The notes: a model not told the origin generated them from the sequence alone. A DNA stretch of 62,613 nucleotides, filler included, from Choristocarpus tenellus KU-1152 (GCA_964200185.2; 7 parts of 7 records of this genome joined end to end with filler, not necessarily neighbours in it), one strand, 5' to 3'. Positions 11,601 through 25,419 are shown, counted from the first letter of the whole stretch. Program-made: numbers and translations.

Positions 11601-14600
11601 TCTCTAGATGGGAAAGCCCCGCACATCCCACATGCTTTACGATGTGCCTTGACAATGCAGCCGCAGCCACACTGCCACCTTCCCTGTGAGCCAGAGCTGC
11701 CACAGTCACTGGTGTTGCTGCTCCCAACCTGGGCAGCATCTGAAGACCCAGCCTGCAGGTCAGCAGCAGAGTGTATGCACTTCTCACCAACAGTTTCTGT
11801 ACCACAAGGATGTGACCCAATCTGAGTCTGGGTCTGGGTCTCATTCTGTGTTTGACCACCTGAGTTGATCTGTGTATTTTGTACATCATCACTAGGCTCT
11901 GGCACTTCCTCACAACTACCAACACTTCGGTTCCTCCTACACTCATCCACCCCGATTCCCACTCCCCCTTTATCAGCCCATTCCCTCTCAGGGTTTTCTT
12001 GTAACTTCCCAACCCCGTCGCATATTTCTCTGCTAGCAGAATGAGGATCTCCTCCAGTAGTGTTGCCTCCCTCTACATCTTCCTGGCAAGCTTTGGGAGC
12101 AACAGAGTCTGCCTTGTTCTGAACCTTAGCCCCACCCTTGACCTTGACCCTACCTGAGACACCCCCAGTCCCAGATTTAGCAGTTTCCACCCCCTTCCTC
12201 CTGCTCGATTTAGGCTTCCCTGTCATCAACGCACCCCTATCATCTGGGCATGAAACTAATTTTCTGTCATACTTCACCCCCTTTCGCTTCTGAGCCGACC
12301 AAAATAGCTCATCTTTTTCGTCACCAGGTTTGTCCTTATTCTCATAGCCTATGCCAACTGCCATATTCCTGCCTCTCCCACTGGCGCCACTACTATCCTT
12401 GTACTTGCTCTTACCCCTTGCCAGTCCACATTTTCCCCCTCCCCCCCTGTCCTTTCCACCTTGCGGACCTGAGGCCTCAAGAACAGAGCCTCCTCCACTA
12501 TCCTCATCATCTGATAGCTCGCTCATCAGTAAACGCCTACTCATGTCATCTGGGTCATAAAGAATCTCCCACTCCTTTTAAGCATAAATGGAGAACATGG
12601 GTCAGGGAGAGGTAGGTAAGGAGTGAGGGTGAGGGGGAAAAGTGATATCAAAAGCCCATGTTTCCTAAACAGGCAGGGCTTGGATTTGTGGGGCATGCAT
12701 TAAGGTTAAACCAATTGGGACGCATCAAGAAGGGAATTGAATCCTCCTTGAAATGTGCTGTGGATTGTTGCCCCGAAGGGAGGGCACCCGTGTAAAAATG
12801 AAGACACCGTGTCACACACCCTGTAACTTAGGTGCTATTTTCACACCAAATCTGACCTGTGCAGCCACAAAGCACTTCATCTCGTTCAGCAGACTTGAGC
12901 GATGAGAATGGGCCACCTTGTACAATCGGCAAGACGTCATAAAAGGAGGCAGGAAGATTGGTGTGTGAATTTGGTTTGTCATCAAGGTGGTTCAGGGGGG
13001 GGTTAGCACCTGAGCTGCATGCACAGCGAGTTAGAAAAATCCCAATATTTCTGTCACTTTGTAGGGGACTAATTTTCTCCTCAAGGGGCGGGGTATGACT
13101 GCAGGATAGAGAAGTCAGTGTATCAGACCAGTGATGTTGAGATATTTGTGTTGGAACTTAGGACAACATGGAAAAGGGGAATCGAGTGAGGCTCACAGTC
13201 AAATGAAACATGTGAGATTGTGATGCAGTAGTCTCTTGATGAAAGCTGCTGCTGACCTTGGTCTCAAAGGCCTTTCATGCTGATATAGGTTATCAAGCTC
13301 TCTTGCATTCATGGTTTCTCAACTAAGACAATACATTCCTACAGAGTCACCGTTCTGTTTCACACATCTTCCCCGAAGACGCAAAGCTCCCAAACAGAGT
13401 CTTTCTCTTTTCATTAAAGACTGATAAACATGCCAGCATTTCTAAACCTGATCATCTACATCAGCACCGAAGAACCCATTTGTCTATCTCAGCATCACCA
13501 GACTGTGAGAACAACGGTAGTGTAGCATTCATCAATGGGTGACTTGGGCCAAAGTTTCATGGGTGTCACAAAAAAAGAATTGAGTGCTCGTTCACCAAAG
13601 GGATTCATACAGTTTCACTGTCCTCCTGCCAACCTTCACTACCACCATTTCAAGAAATAACCAAACAACCCAAACCCGTGTGGTTACCTTGGTCAAGGTG
13701 CCAATCCCCAAAATGCTCCAGCCTCAACACACTTAACTATGTACTACTGTGACAAAGTTAGAGCTAAGCCTCAATGTGATAGGGCGACGGCAATATCAAA
13801 CGCTTCCTCATTTCTATAGGGCAAAGCATCGAACAGGACATAAGTGAATGAAGCCTCACACCCCTGCTATCCCAATGCCTTGAAACATTAATAAAAACAT
13901 AGGGGTATCAAAACCAGTCTTCAGTAGACATTTTGGAACAACACATGTACACTATTGATCACTTCACCAGTAATAATGAACACAGACACACACACCAGCA
14001 AATCACAGCACCAATCACACCTTAGCAACGGACCACATACTCTTTGCCCTTCTCCAGCCTGAAACAGGGTTTGGGATGTATGGGCCCTCGCCCTCCCCAT
14101 TGCTGTAAGCCTCCCGCAAGGTCAACTCCTCATCAGCAGTCAGCCGCCAGTCCTCTCTCCTCTTAGCTTCAACACCCCCAGAAGAGTCACAACTGCCACT
14201 ACCGCTGCCCCCTCCACGCCTCCTACCCTCCTTGCGCATGTGACCCCCAACCTGCACAAGATAAATAGGTGTGCAATATATACGGTGTGCGCAAATGCCA
14301 AGTCCACTTTAGTCAATGGGTCTTTGGAAATGGGGGAAGTGTGAAGACATCAAGACAAATATATGGTTGCTGGTTTCTTGGTCTTTTATGTGTGGCATCA
14401 TTGCTGTCAAATGAAGATACATAACACCCTGCGGCATTGCCTTAGGGAGGGAGGGGGAGCGGGAATGGGAAAGGGCTCTTCAAATTGTTGATGCCATCAC
14501 AAAGCATATTTCAGTCTTCTGGCACATTGACTTCAGAGCATGGCTTCCCTTTGCTTCCTCACCAGTTTCCCACAGCCCTGTAACCACCAGACACCCCACC

Positions 14601-17600
14601 TGAACAATCAATATACATCCATTTGGACCCCTAAAGCTAATATTACACAATTTCATACATTTACCACATCTCTACATGCACTTTACTCTGCCAGTGCAAA
14701 AAATTTTCCTGGGCAACATCTTCAATGCATCAACATGACAAAGCATCCACATCATCACACCAAACACCTAACTTGGCCATCACACCTTTGAGTCATCCCA
14801 TCCCATTTCCTACTACAACCCTGGCAGTGGTACAAGAATTGTATATCCGTGCCCATCACATCAAGCACCTAAAAGCCACTACTTCGTATAGCACTTGCAG
14901 TGAGATCAGTCTGGACATGGGATGGATGGGTGGATAACTGTAGACAAACCTGACTCAGATGATACTCCTTGATAACCATCTCTTGTTCAACCATGTGTGG
15001 ACGTGGCCCTTCTGGCACCATACTGGACCCCTCCTGAAAGAGCTCAAACTTGTCTCTCCTCTGCTGGAGAGCCTTGATGATGGACTTGCTCTTAGAATTG
15101 GAGTTGCGAAGCTTGGTTTCCTCTGACCCTTCTGTGACCAGTACCACCACCTTCAGGTCCATGTATGTAAAATTGTTGTTGGGTATGTGACCACAAAATA
15201 TTTCCTACGTGGGTATGTGGGCACGAGCTCTTACAAGATACATTATCTAGGTGCATTTGCATTAGTGATATTCAGGAAACCCAGGCACCCCTCTCTCCCC
15301 ATGTCCCTACACATACCTTGCCTGCACGCTTACGGCCAGTGCGTCCCATGCGTTGCACCATACGAACGGGACTGTTCAGTGCATCAAAGCTGACAATAAG
15401 GTCCACCTCCCCTATGTCCAGCCCTTCCTCTGCAATGCACGTGGCCACTAGGCAGTTGTACTCCCCGGAGAAAAATGCTTTCACCACCGCCTGCCAAGGT
15501 TTGAATTGAATACCACGCACCAATAATGGTACACACACCAACAGTGGTGCAGAGTGAAAGTATCTTAGAGAGTACGAGTTTTTCCCTGTTTGTCCATTTG
15601 GGGCTTGGCTTTCCACGGGTTATTAATGGCATTTTACCTACTCCAAAATGTTTCAGAGTATGTAAAATGTATACACTATGAAAAGGTGTGTCCGGAACAA
15701 GGGTAATGACACTTCCTAGCAAACATTATAGCCAAAACTACATCAAAATCACAACGTTGGATTGTGGCCCCCAAATGGAGATGGATCTACCCTAACCCTA
15801 AGATACTTCGACTCGCACAGACAACAAGATGGGTGGGTGGAAGTCACAAGAGAACACAACTTGGACTACATTGGGGTGTGTTAACAACCTCATGAGATAC
15901 CGGCGTTGATAGCACAGTAGTCCAAAATACATACAAATGTCAACATTGATAAAGGGGTTGGGATGAGTGATAGGGTTAGGGATATGATTTGACACAAAAT
16001 TAGAGAATAAAGGGTGTAAAAGCAAATTCACAAGGAAACTCGCATGAGAGCCACGAGGGCTGGTCAGGTTTCATATGCTCTAAGGCTACGCAAGGTTGGT
16101 GCTCTATCCAGAAAATACAATGATGTTAGGAGGAGGGATGAGGGGTTGGGGGTGAGGAGGGGGGGGGGGGGAAGAATTCATGAAATATTCCATGAGTGCC
16201 AACAAAACAAGTGTTGGCCAAACTTGAAATTATCTGTTGAACAGTCAGAGATAAGGAATGTCAACACATCCCCCTCAGCGTCCATAATATGCACTTCTCA
16301 AAAAACACAACAGGTGCACAATGAGGGACTACATGAAAAGGAATTCACATCGGCCCCAACTACGATTATAATCAGAACATTCACATGTCGTAAAGGTTCA
16401 GACAAAGTATGGGAGAAAAAAATCGACTAATTGGTAGCTGTTACATTACATTTGTAAAAGAAGTGTAAAATCCTGCCACAAGTGGGATTTGACAAAGGAT
16501 TGCCTTTCACATCCATGATATCACCCTAAATACTCCCTGGTCCAAAAATACACTGCCAAGTAAAAGCACACATGTTTCTGACCATTGTCCATATCAACAT
16601 TGCTCCAAGACCAAAAGATGAATAAAGTCACAACTACCTCGACAAAACAACAAAGAAACATCGCAAGTGAATCAACCCCCCCCTCCCCCCCCCTCCACAA
16701 ACACACACACACAACCCATTGCCGTGTCAACATGCAAGAACACACCTTTTGCTCTTTCTGGGTTTGTCCCTTGAGTCGTTGCTTTGGGAGCAGTGCTTCC
16801 CCTAGACTTTCCCTCTCCCCCCCGTCCTCCCCACCACCTTCAGTCACCCCAACCCTACCACGCCCCTGACCAATAAAAGGTTTCACGCACAGCAGCTCCT
16901 CACTGCTTAAAAACTCAGTTATCTCCTGCAAGGGCCAGACCAATCGGGTGTGTTGAGAATGGTGTTGAGGTTAGGGATGTGTGTTTCACAAAACAGTGTG
17001 GTTTAGGGCATATGAGCTGTCTTGGGATGATCATGAGTTGGTCAGGGCACAGAATCTGAGAACAGAGCACGCGTCAATCAATTCACAATCTGAGCATGAA
17101 GTGCTGTTGCATACCCACCCTCTAATCAGGAGACGGCGTGCAAGGGCCACAATTGAATGCCTGTACATCAAATCTGATCAACTTCAGAGAAAAATTAAAG
17201 GATTTGGGGGGGGGGCAAGGCGAGGGTTATTACTAGGGATGCTCACCTCCACACTGTCCCTGAACTGTGTAAACACAATGGCCCTTGTGCTAGATCCACC
17301 AGCCTTGTGGCGAGCAAAATGCTCCCTCAGCACCTCCTTAAGTTTAATCTTTGAGAAAGTGTTTGAGAGGCACAGATTGAGTTTGTGTCAGGGGCAGGGC
17401 TAGCACATAGGGGGAGGGAGGTGAAATATTGGAGGGTCAAAGTAGAAGGGGTCCTGTGGCCGGATGATGTCTAAATACTACTTAGTACTTCTACAGTCAA
17501 TAAAGCCACAACATATCTTCTCCCGAGAACACCATGCAATAATTGCAAAACAACAGAGATTGAAGACTGAATCTGCTACGCATACTATGACTTGTAAGGT

Positions 17601-20600
17601 ACTAGGGATGAAACAGCATGCCAACATGGAAAAATGAAAAGAGAAAAAATGGTGTACAGTGGTCCACTCTAGTACTACTTAGAGTAGAACAACATTTTAA
17701 ACTTACTTGGACATGCATCTGTACAGAGGTGAAATGTTGTTTTGTCACTAAACCATAACATGTAACACATTCACTACACAATTCAAGGCCGAAATCTCCA
17801 AAGAGGGCACAAACACATTCAAGTACTCAGAATTTGTACTGAAGCATCACCCACACAGAATTGCACAGCAAATCAAAAATCAAATCATTTGTGGCAGACA
17901 GCACTTTCTGTAATGGGCACTGTGTTCCATCCAGCACTGTACCTTCCTTTTTGTTATGGTAAACTCACACTGTGATGGGAATAACCCCACAACAAGAAAG
18001 CCAGGCCATCCACAAGGAGCAATCACAATGCTACTCACAATTCAAAGCCCAAACAGGAACATGATTCCACAAGCTACACTATACCCTAGGGGCATTTATG
18101 AGGCACAATCACAAAATACCACAGCTACAGGTCCTTTCAGTGTACTGTACATTTCTTGTCAACCCCCACCCCCCTCACCCCACCCCACCATTCGCCTACT
18201 CAACCAAATCACCTCTCTCCACTCTCCCACACCTACCAGCTTAGGGTGTTTGATGCTAACTCCAGACATGTCCTTAGTTGTCTGCCGTAAGAGAGTCATG
18301 AGACCAGCCCACTGTGAGTGTTGCATAACTTCTTTCATTGCCTTGGATCGGAAGCCACGAAGAGCAACTTCCTCCTCCATACCCCCAAGTTTCTTCAGCA
18401 GGAGATGAAGTTGATGTGGTTGCCAGGGCAGGGTAGTCGTGGTGGGAGTGGGGTTATCAGTTGGGGATTGGATTGGGTACAGAGCATGTAGCATGGATAC
18501 AAACTATAATACACATAGGATACTCATCAGTATCATTGGTTCAACACCCCCGATCAGATAGATTGATAGTGCAAAGTGATACCCCTCTGACTGCAACAAG
18601 GGTATGCACAAAAAACGCATTTAACCAGATGGAGTACACAGTTGCTATGATACTGAGAGCGCAATTCTCCAGCCTAAAACACACTCATTGTCCAGAAATA
18701 CCTGTACCAACCAATCATAACCCTCAAATATGCTCCAACAAAGCATACTGGATTCTAGCTACACAAGAAAATCTACGCTGCAAACATGTAACATATACAT
18801 GACATTCCCCGCCCAAATCCAAACACCCCTCTCCACACACCCTTAGCCTGCTTTCAATATGCCCTTGCCTGAAGGCAACCAGCAGCCCCATGCGTGACAA
18901 GGGTGTCTTTTGCATGCACCACCTTGATCAGCACCGCCATTTCCCCTTCCACCTCCCGTGCCATGTGCGCGATGCCATTGCTATGCGCCTCTCGACGGAA
19001 CTGGTGAAGAGACTATGCAGGAAGAGTGGTCACATTGAGAATCAATAAGGCAGGTTGGGGAAGGGAGGCATCAAAGAGGGCAAGCATTGGAGTCACTTTG
19101 CAAGAAAAAGTACAAGGAAACAAGAACATGTTAGAGGACTGCTCACTAACATCCCTGAAATACTTGCGGCAACCTAACTAATGTCTGGTGGAAAAACAAT
19201 CCTCAGGATGTCAAAGGCTGTTTGATTTGTGGAGATCCTCATGGTTCAAAGGTGAACAAGTTGTGTCATGACATGGCAGGAAAGAGCAGTTGTGGAGTGG
19301 GGGGAGGGCATTCGGAAGAGGTTTGAAAACAATGACAAAACCTTCCCCCACACTTGCCACTCACAGCTAATGACAAAAAGCATTTCACTGCCTGTCATCC
19401 CAAAATACCTGCCACCACCCAATTAGAAAGGCTGAATGTTTATCTGGTTTTCTGGAGGAAATTCTGTGAGGCTCATAACACCAGGGACGAATCCATGTCA
19501 AATGTTAAGGCATTTTCAGCATCACACTAGAACAACTCAGATTGCATGCATGGGGATGGTGTGACGGGTAACCTACAATAAGACCTCCATGTATCCTATA
19601 TTTTAAAAAATGTTATTATTCCATCCCTGGAAATACACTTACATCAGTCAACAACTCTCATGGATATCAAATATGAAGTAAACAGGCCCTCAAAGAGCCA
19701 TGGATAGTAGAGCTGATCCCAACCACATCAACACAGAAACCCTTCAGAAACGGCCCCAAAGAAGGGTACTATGTACACCCCGGGGGGATTCTAAGATCTA
19801 GTCGACTCTATTGTCCCCCAACACACAGTATGTTGTGGTTTTCACCAACAGTGGCTCCATGACTACACTAATTTCCACTTGCACCGACTACACTATCGGA
19901 CATGGGGAGATGAAAGGAGGAAAAGACATGGACACAGAAGACGGCGAAGACAGCAGCCATCCAGCCATGGATACGTACACGTATGCAGTGTAATGAGCAT
20001 GAAATTGTGCTCAAGGAAGCTCAATAGCCTCTCTCCCCCATGCCTCACCTGTATAACTGTCCATGCTTTTAGGGTCATGGGATCCTTGGTGAAGAGGAGA
20101 CGCTTCCCACACATTCGAGACACCAGCGGCTGCATCACTGACACCAGTCCCTGCCGGATGCTGTCAATATGACTACCAAGCTTGCACTTTACCACCTTCA
20201 AATACACACATAGAAGGGAAATGGTGTAGAAACCTTCAAAGATACCTCCAAAGAAGATTGACAGTGCTACGTCCTAATGTAGCAAATATTACGGTCACCA
20301 TGGATAGAAATATTTTAAAGCACACCTGAACAATGCGTGTGAAGAAGACTCACAAGAGCAGCTTCAAAAATTTGACAAACATGAGGGAAGACCCTTCGAT
20401 AATACCTTCTCCTTTGTGCGCAAGAATAGTTCCAATGAGTTAAGGAGGGCCAGCACTAAAAAAAAAAGTGGTTTGAACATCTGAAAGTTAGGGAGGACAG
20501 AGACAGGAGAGGAGCTCACACCTCAACTTGGCGGGCATGGGTGTGCTTTGCAACCTCCGCATCATCTTCACTGCGGCACTCTATGTTGGCAATGCGAAGA

Positions 20601-22740
20601 TTGACCAACACCTGCTGAATGGTCTGCCAGATGAGCAATCAGGGTGTGGCAATATGAGAGGGTCTCTTAGCATATTCACTGCCACATAATAGTAACCAAC
20701 CAGGTTGTAGGGCTGGGATGAAAAGAGTTCAAGATTTGGAATGTTAATTGGTGGTTTGGATTGTCATTGTGTTATCATTTTGTTGGGGAAGAGTGTACAG
20801 AACCTTCACTCAGAGGCAAGAAAACTTGAGGGGAGAGTAGACGAAAGTTCCCTGCTTGCCTCAGCACCATTGTACGGAAAAAAACAGCAACATGGGCCAG
20901 TCAGGTTGCATTGCAGATCTAAATTGACCAAAATGATGACCCAGAATCTAAACCCATTAAAACAAAGGAGTAAATTTGACTATAGGGGTGAGTATATCAA
21001 CCCAACAGTTGGAAGCCAGCAGATAACCAATCTTACCAGGTCTTGGTTCAGCAAATACTTAGGGGTGAACTACATTTGACGAGAAAAACCATAGACATGT
21101 GACTACATTAAACACTCATCCACTTCAGCCCCCACAACCACAAGGGACTCAATTCATTATTGAGTTGTACCTTGAGATCACTGCCTGGTGTGGCACTAAG
21201 GGCAAGCACACGGAAGTGAGGGGTAGCTGCAGCCACAGCTCGAATGACTGGGACGTATGCATAGTTTCCTGTGGCACGGTGAGCCTGGAACATGATATTG
21301 ACAAGAGGATAAGGTGGGACTGTAAGTCCAGGAGGAGAGCACAACAGAGGGTATGCAGTATGGTGTCTCAGACCTCATCTTGTAGTGGCAGCCCAGTGGG
21401 GCACAAGGTTTGTTCAGAAAACATTTTCCAATGCAGCCAACGCAAGCAACATCACATAACCCATCCAGTTTCCTTCCTTACACAATGGGCTTCCCATCAG
21501 GTTATGAGACACCAGCACTTACCTCATCAACAACAACACAAACAAATCTCCCGGGGTCACACCGCTTCTTTTGAATGTCATTTGCCATGCTCTGTGGAGT
21601 GCAGTAGAACACCCGCCGCTCTTCCCATAGCTGCTGCCGCCTCTCTGGGGCAACACTGCCCTGCAGCTCTGCTGTGTGTTCTTCTGGGATGCCCATGATG
21701 TCATAGCATGCACTAATCTGTTGGGCCACCAAGGGTTTTGTTGGGGCGAGAAACACCACCTTGCCCTCAGGAAACCTGAGCAAGGACACGGAATGGATGA
21801 CCACAATAGATCCAGCCCGCATTGCAGGTTCAAAGTTTGGTCGTCGTTAGGGTGTACATGGAAGTAGAAGAAAGCAAAAAAGAGTCTGAACGGCCAGAAG
21901 GCAAAAACGTCAATCGTGAATCTAGTGCGATTCTCCATCTGTGTAGAGTTGCTTCAGGGCAATCTATCCATTCCAAGGCTATACTCACTGCGAGATCGGC
22001 TGCCTGCTTACGGCAAAGAAGAAGGAGGAGTGAAATCGAGGCATGGTATCCTTCACGGGTGGGGTGCAAGGCACACAATTTAGAAAGGGACACGGAACCC
22101 CACTGAGTCCACCACTGCTAGTGAGGACAAGTCCTGCCCATAGATGAATTTTCTCTCACCAGCGGTAGAAGTTGTACATCACTACAGCAGCAATCAGCGT
22201 CTTTCCCAAACCAGTCGGGAGAGAAACGAGGGTGTTCTTAAAAAGCGCCTCCGTCACAATCTGCCTTTGATATTCCCGTACAGGGTAGTTGATTGGGTAG
22301 ACCCATGTTCTCACAGCTTCAGCATCTATCGACACTCCACGTGGCTCCAGTTGGGGATGCTTCTCTCGCAGGGTGGAATCATATCGACCCCGTGAACTGC
22401 ATTCTGTTTCATGTGGGCCTGCACAACTCGCACGATCCAGTGTACCACTACATGGGCCGTTACTGTGCTTGTGGTCAGGTTCGACCTCTTCGCCTCCATT
22501 ATGTCGTCGCCCGTACATATTTCCCTTGCCAACTGCTGGTGTTGGTTTAACAAATCGTTCGAACGGGTGTTCCTTTGACTCCTCACGGGTTGTGTTGCTT
22601 CTGTTGGACAAGGAGTGAAAACAGTTAGTACAAGTGTTGAACCTCGCTTCGTTGTTCCACCTGCACTTCTCACACGTCCATAGCTTGCCATTGTTGAGAC
22701 TGGTATAGGCATCATCCACAGGGCAAAAGGTCGACGGCAT
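8621..22740 (-). CDS. FANCM: FANCM/Mph1-family DEAH helicase-translocase, multi-exon, 3'-truncated, with RanBP2-type Zn fingers and a C-terminal PZP domain
   Basis: Phase-consistent exons: 22740-22160, 21775-21523, 21284-21171, 20623-20522, 20195-20049, 19012-18869, 18392-18237, 17348-17247, 16925-16746, 15490-15317, 15150-14950, 14251-14021, a possible 45-nt exon near 13690-13730, 12916-12857, 12574-8621. Motifs: [33 protein letters not shown]|[54 protein letters not shown]. Confidence 0.93.
8836..9391 (-). other. PZP module (PHD finger plus extended PHD) of the BRPF/JADE/AF10 type, within the large exon
   Basis: CSVC...[33 protein letters not shown], followed by [12 protein letters not shown]...WAHVVC..W.PE...CSIC...[17 protein letters not shown]...CRMH. 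Confidence 0.92.
15552..15814. mobile_element. MITE family A, copy 2 (FANCM intron)
   Basis: GAGTGAAAGTATCTTAGAG ... CTAAGATACTTCGACTC. 3-bp duplication GCA/GCA. Confidence 0.92.
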
Positions 22741-23429
22741 GATCTTGTCTACCTAACATTAGGTGGGGATTAGGATAAGACACGTTGACAGGACGGTCAT
22801 CTGATGAATTGACAAATTTGCACGCAGGACTGCCTGGCGGGAAACCAGGAAGAATATAGGGGCTCATATCATGCTTAACTCATTACAATTACCTATCGAC
22901 GAAATGCTCTGTCGACATCACCGTCCTCAACCTCCAGAGGAGCGTACTTAAGGCTATTTCTCATGACATTTGAAAAAGTAGGTTGGGGGTGGGGCACGTT
23001 GGGTAGGACATGATTTGTTTTGGTGGTGAACACTCTGAGTGGTGCTCTGGGCGCCCAGAGTGGACCGTAGAGGATGTAAGATGTGCGGGATAGAACAATC
23101 AATAATATATGGTGTTATTTCTTGTGACTTTTTCAGGATGTGCGAGAGAAAGACAAAAACAATGTTCCAAATAATAGAAATACTATTATTAATCCTTCAA
23201 AAATAAAACACTTCCCAATCCTATTTTAACACCTCAGTACAAAATATTACTATTTGAAAACAATACAAAGATATCCCCCTTTTGAAGGTTGTTCGGTGCA
23301 AAGTGTGTATAATACTTCTAACCTTAGTGCATATTGGTGGGCCGTGGACTTGTGCAGTAACAACAGCCGATTTCAAAAATTGAGGATGGAGCTTTTCATT
23401 GAGGATGGGCTTGACCCAAAATTGACTGG

Positions 23430-23529
23430 NNNNNNNNNNNNNNNNNNNNNNNNNNNNNNNNNNNNNNNNNNNNTTAATTAATTAANNNNNNNNNNNNNNN
23501 NNNNNNNNNNNNNNNNNNNNNNNNNNNNN
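23430..23529. other. Artificial contig linker
   Basis: N44-TTAATTAATTAA-N44. Confidence 0.97.
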
Positions 23530-24573
23530 CTCTGATTGGGCATACAATTCATGTGTCTTCCATTCCAATCTTCCCGGTTATATAAATGCAAGTGCTAGCA
23601 AGGATTAGACTTATTTTATTCATGATCTACTCGGTATCTGATTATTGCCTGTTCTATGCCCTCCAAGCACAAAGCATACTCAAGGCTGCTAGTGCGCAAA
23701 ACAGGCAATGACAAAAATTAAGATAAATAAATAAAGACGGGCTAATGAGAGCAACAAATGGTACTAATAATAAATAAAGAGAAACAAAAGAAATAAAAAT
23801 AAAACTGAAAATAGATGGAAAATAAATAAAAACTGATGACGGATAAAAAATACATAAAAGCAATATGTGGATGATGAGGGTAACAAAGTGGAAACTGAAT
23901 AGAAATTAAGTAAAATAAAAGGAACAACAAAAAAGTAAGAAAAGAAAAAAAGAAAAGAAAAAAATCGGTAAATAGGGAAAATAACAACTTAAGAAAAAAA
24001 GAAAAATTAAAAAAAAAAATCAAGGGATGATGAGATGAGAACTAGAAATAAATAACATTAGAAAAACACAAGTGAGATATAGAAGATATAAAAAATATCA
24101 AGATCACAGAGGATTGTTACAAGATAGAAAAGAGGAAAATAAATAATAATAATAAAAAGTAGTGAGTTCAGTGTTTGTCTTTTCTAAGGACTTCAGCCTA
24201 TACAACCAATGTATATTAATGTGTGATCTAATGTGGGCAGCTTCTTCATTTTAACTTCTGCTGTCTAATGTTCCTTTCAGTGACTATGATTATCATTGCT
24301 TTAATCTCTTGTTCTAGCATGTACCGGCTGAACCTCACCTTGTCCAGCATACAGTTCTTACCTGCTGGGAGGTTTTCTGGAGGAGGCACTCATCTCTCTC
24401 CTGCTGAATTCCTCCTTACCTCCATCCTTCAACCATACCCTCCAGTGGGGTGACTTGAACTCAAAAACTGGACCTTGTCCTACCGGTCTCTTCAGCTTTC
24501 ATCCTTCCACAATGTTTGACACTAGTACCAATAGGGAAGAGACGTAACACATCGTCTCGAGGCGAGAGTTCCT

Positions 24574-24744
24574 TGATAGGGACTTCCCCATCAATGTGCC
24601 CAAACTTGTATTCATGCTTATCAAGTAACTGAAACACTCATTACCATATATTGATGATGATAGGGACTTCCCCATCAATGTGCCCAAACTTGTATTCATG
24701 CTTATCAAGTAACTGAAACACTCATTACCATATATTGATGATGA
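24574..24744. repeat. Perfect 84-bp tandem duplication
   Basis: Unit TGATAGGGACTTCCCCATC...CCATATATTGATGA starts at 24574 and again at 24658. Confidence 0.95.
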
Positions 24745-25160
24745 CAGTAAGGCTCTTCCTTCTTTGACAACCCAAATCTATCTCTTCTGGAATATATGTT
24801 GATGGTAGAGGTAAATCAGGGTTTAAGTGGTGGCTGGTCGAACTCCTTGATGTTTCTTCTGTTGTACCTGAAAAACGGTCTGGGGTCGATAGTTGACCGT
24901 ACATGCGGTGGAAGACCAAATGTAGAAGGGAAAAGCTTGGCCTCTGAAGTGAAAGGTATCCCATGTTTACCAGAGACTGATGCAGGTTGGTTAGTAACAT
25001 CAGCATATTCCTTTGAGATAAGGGTTAGTGGCCTCTACATTTTCTCTTTCAAAGCGGGTTGAATCATGGGCAACATGATAGATAGGTGCCGTCTACAGTT
25101 TGTGCACTACTTTTTGGTTGCTACCCAGTGCAGGCGGCTAAGTGTTTCAGATAGAGACTT

Positions 25161-25419
25161 GAGTGAAAGTATCTTAGAGGGTACGAGTTTTGCCCTGTTT
25201 GTCCATTTGAGGCTTGGTTTCCCATGGGGTTTTTTTCATGATATTTTCCTACTCCGAAATATTTTGGAGTACGTAAAATGTATGTTACGAAAAGGTGTGT
25301 TCGGAACAAGGACACTGACACTTCCTGACAAACAGGATAGTCAAAATTTCATCAAAATCGCAACATTGGATTTTGGCCGCCAAATGGACGCGCCCCTAAC
25401 CTCTAAGATACTTTGGCTC
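25161..25419. mobile_element. MITE family A, copy 3
   Basis: GAGTGAAAGTATCTTAGAGGGTA ... CTCTAAGATACTTTGGCTC. 4-bp duplication ACTT/ACTT. Confidence 0.92.
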
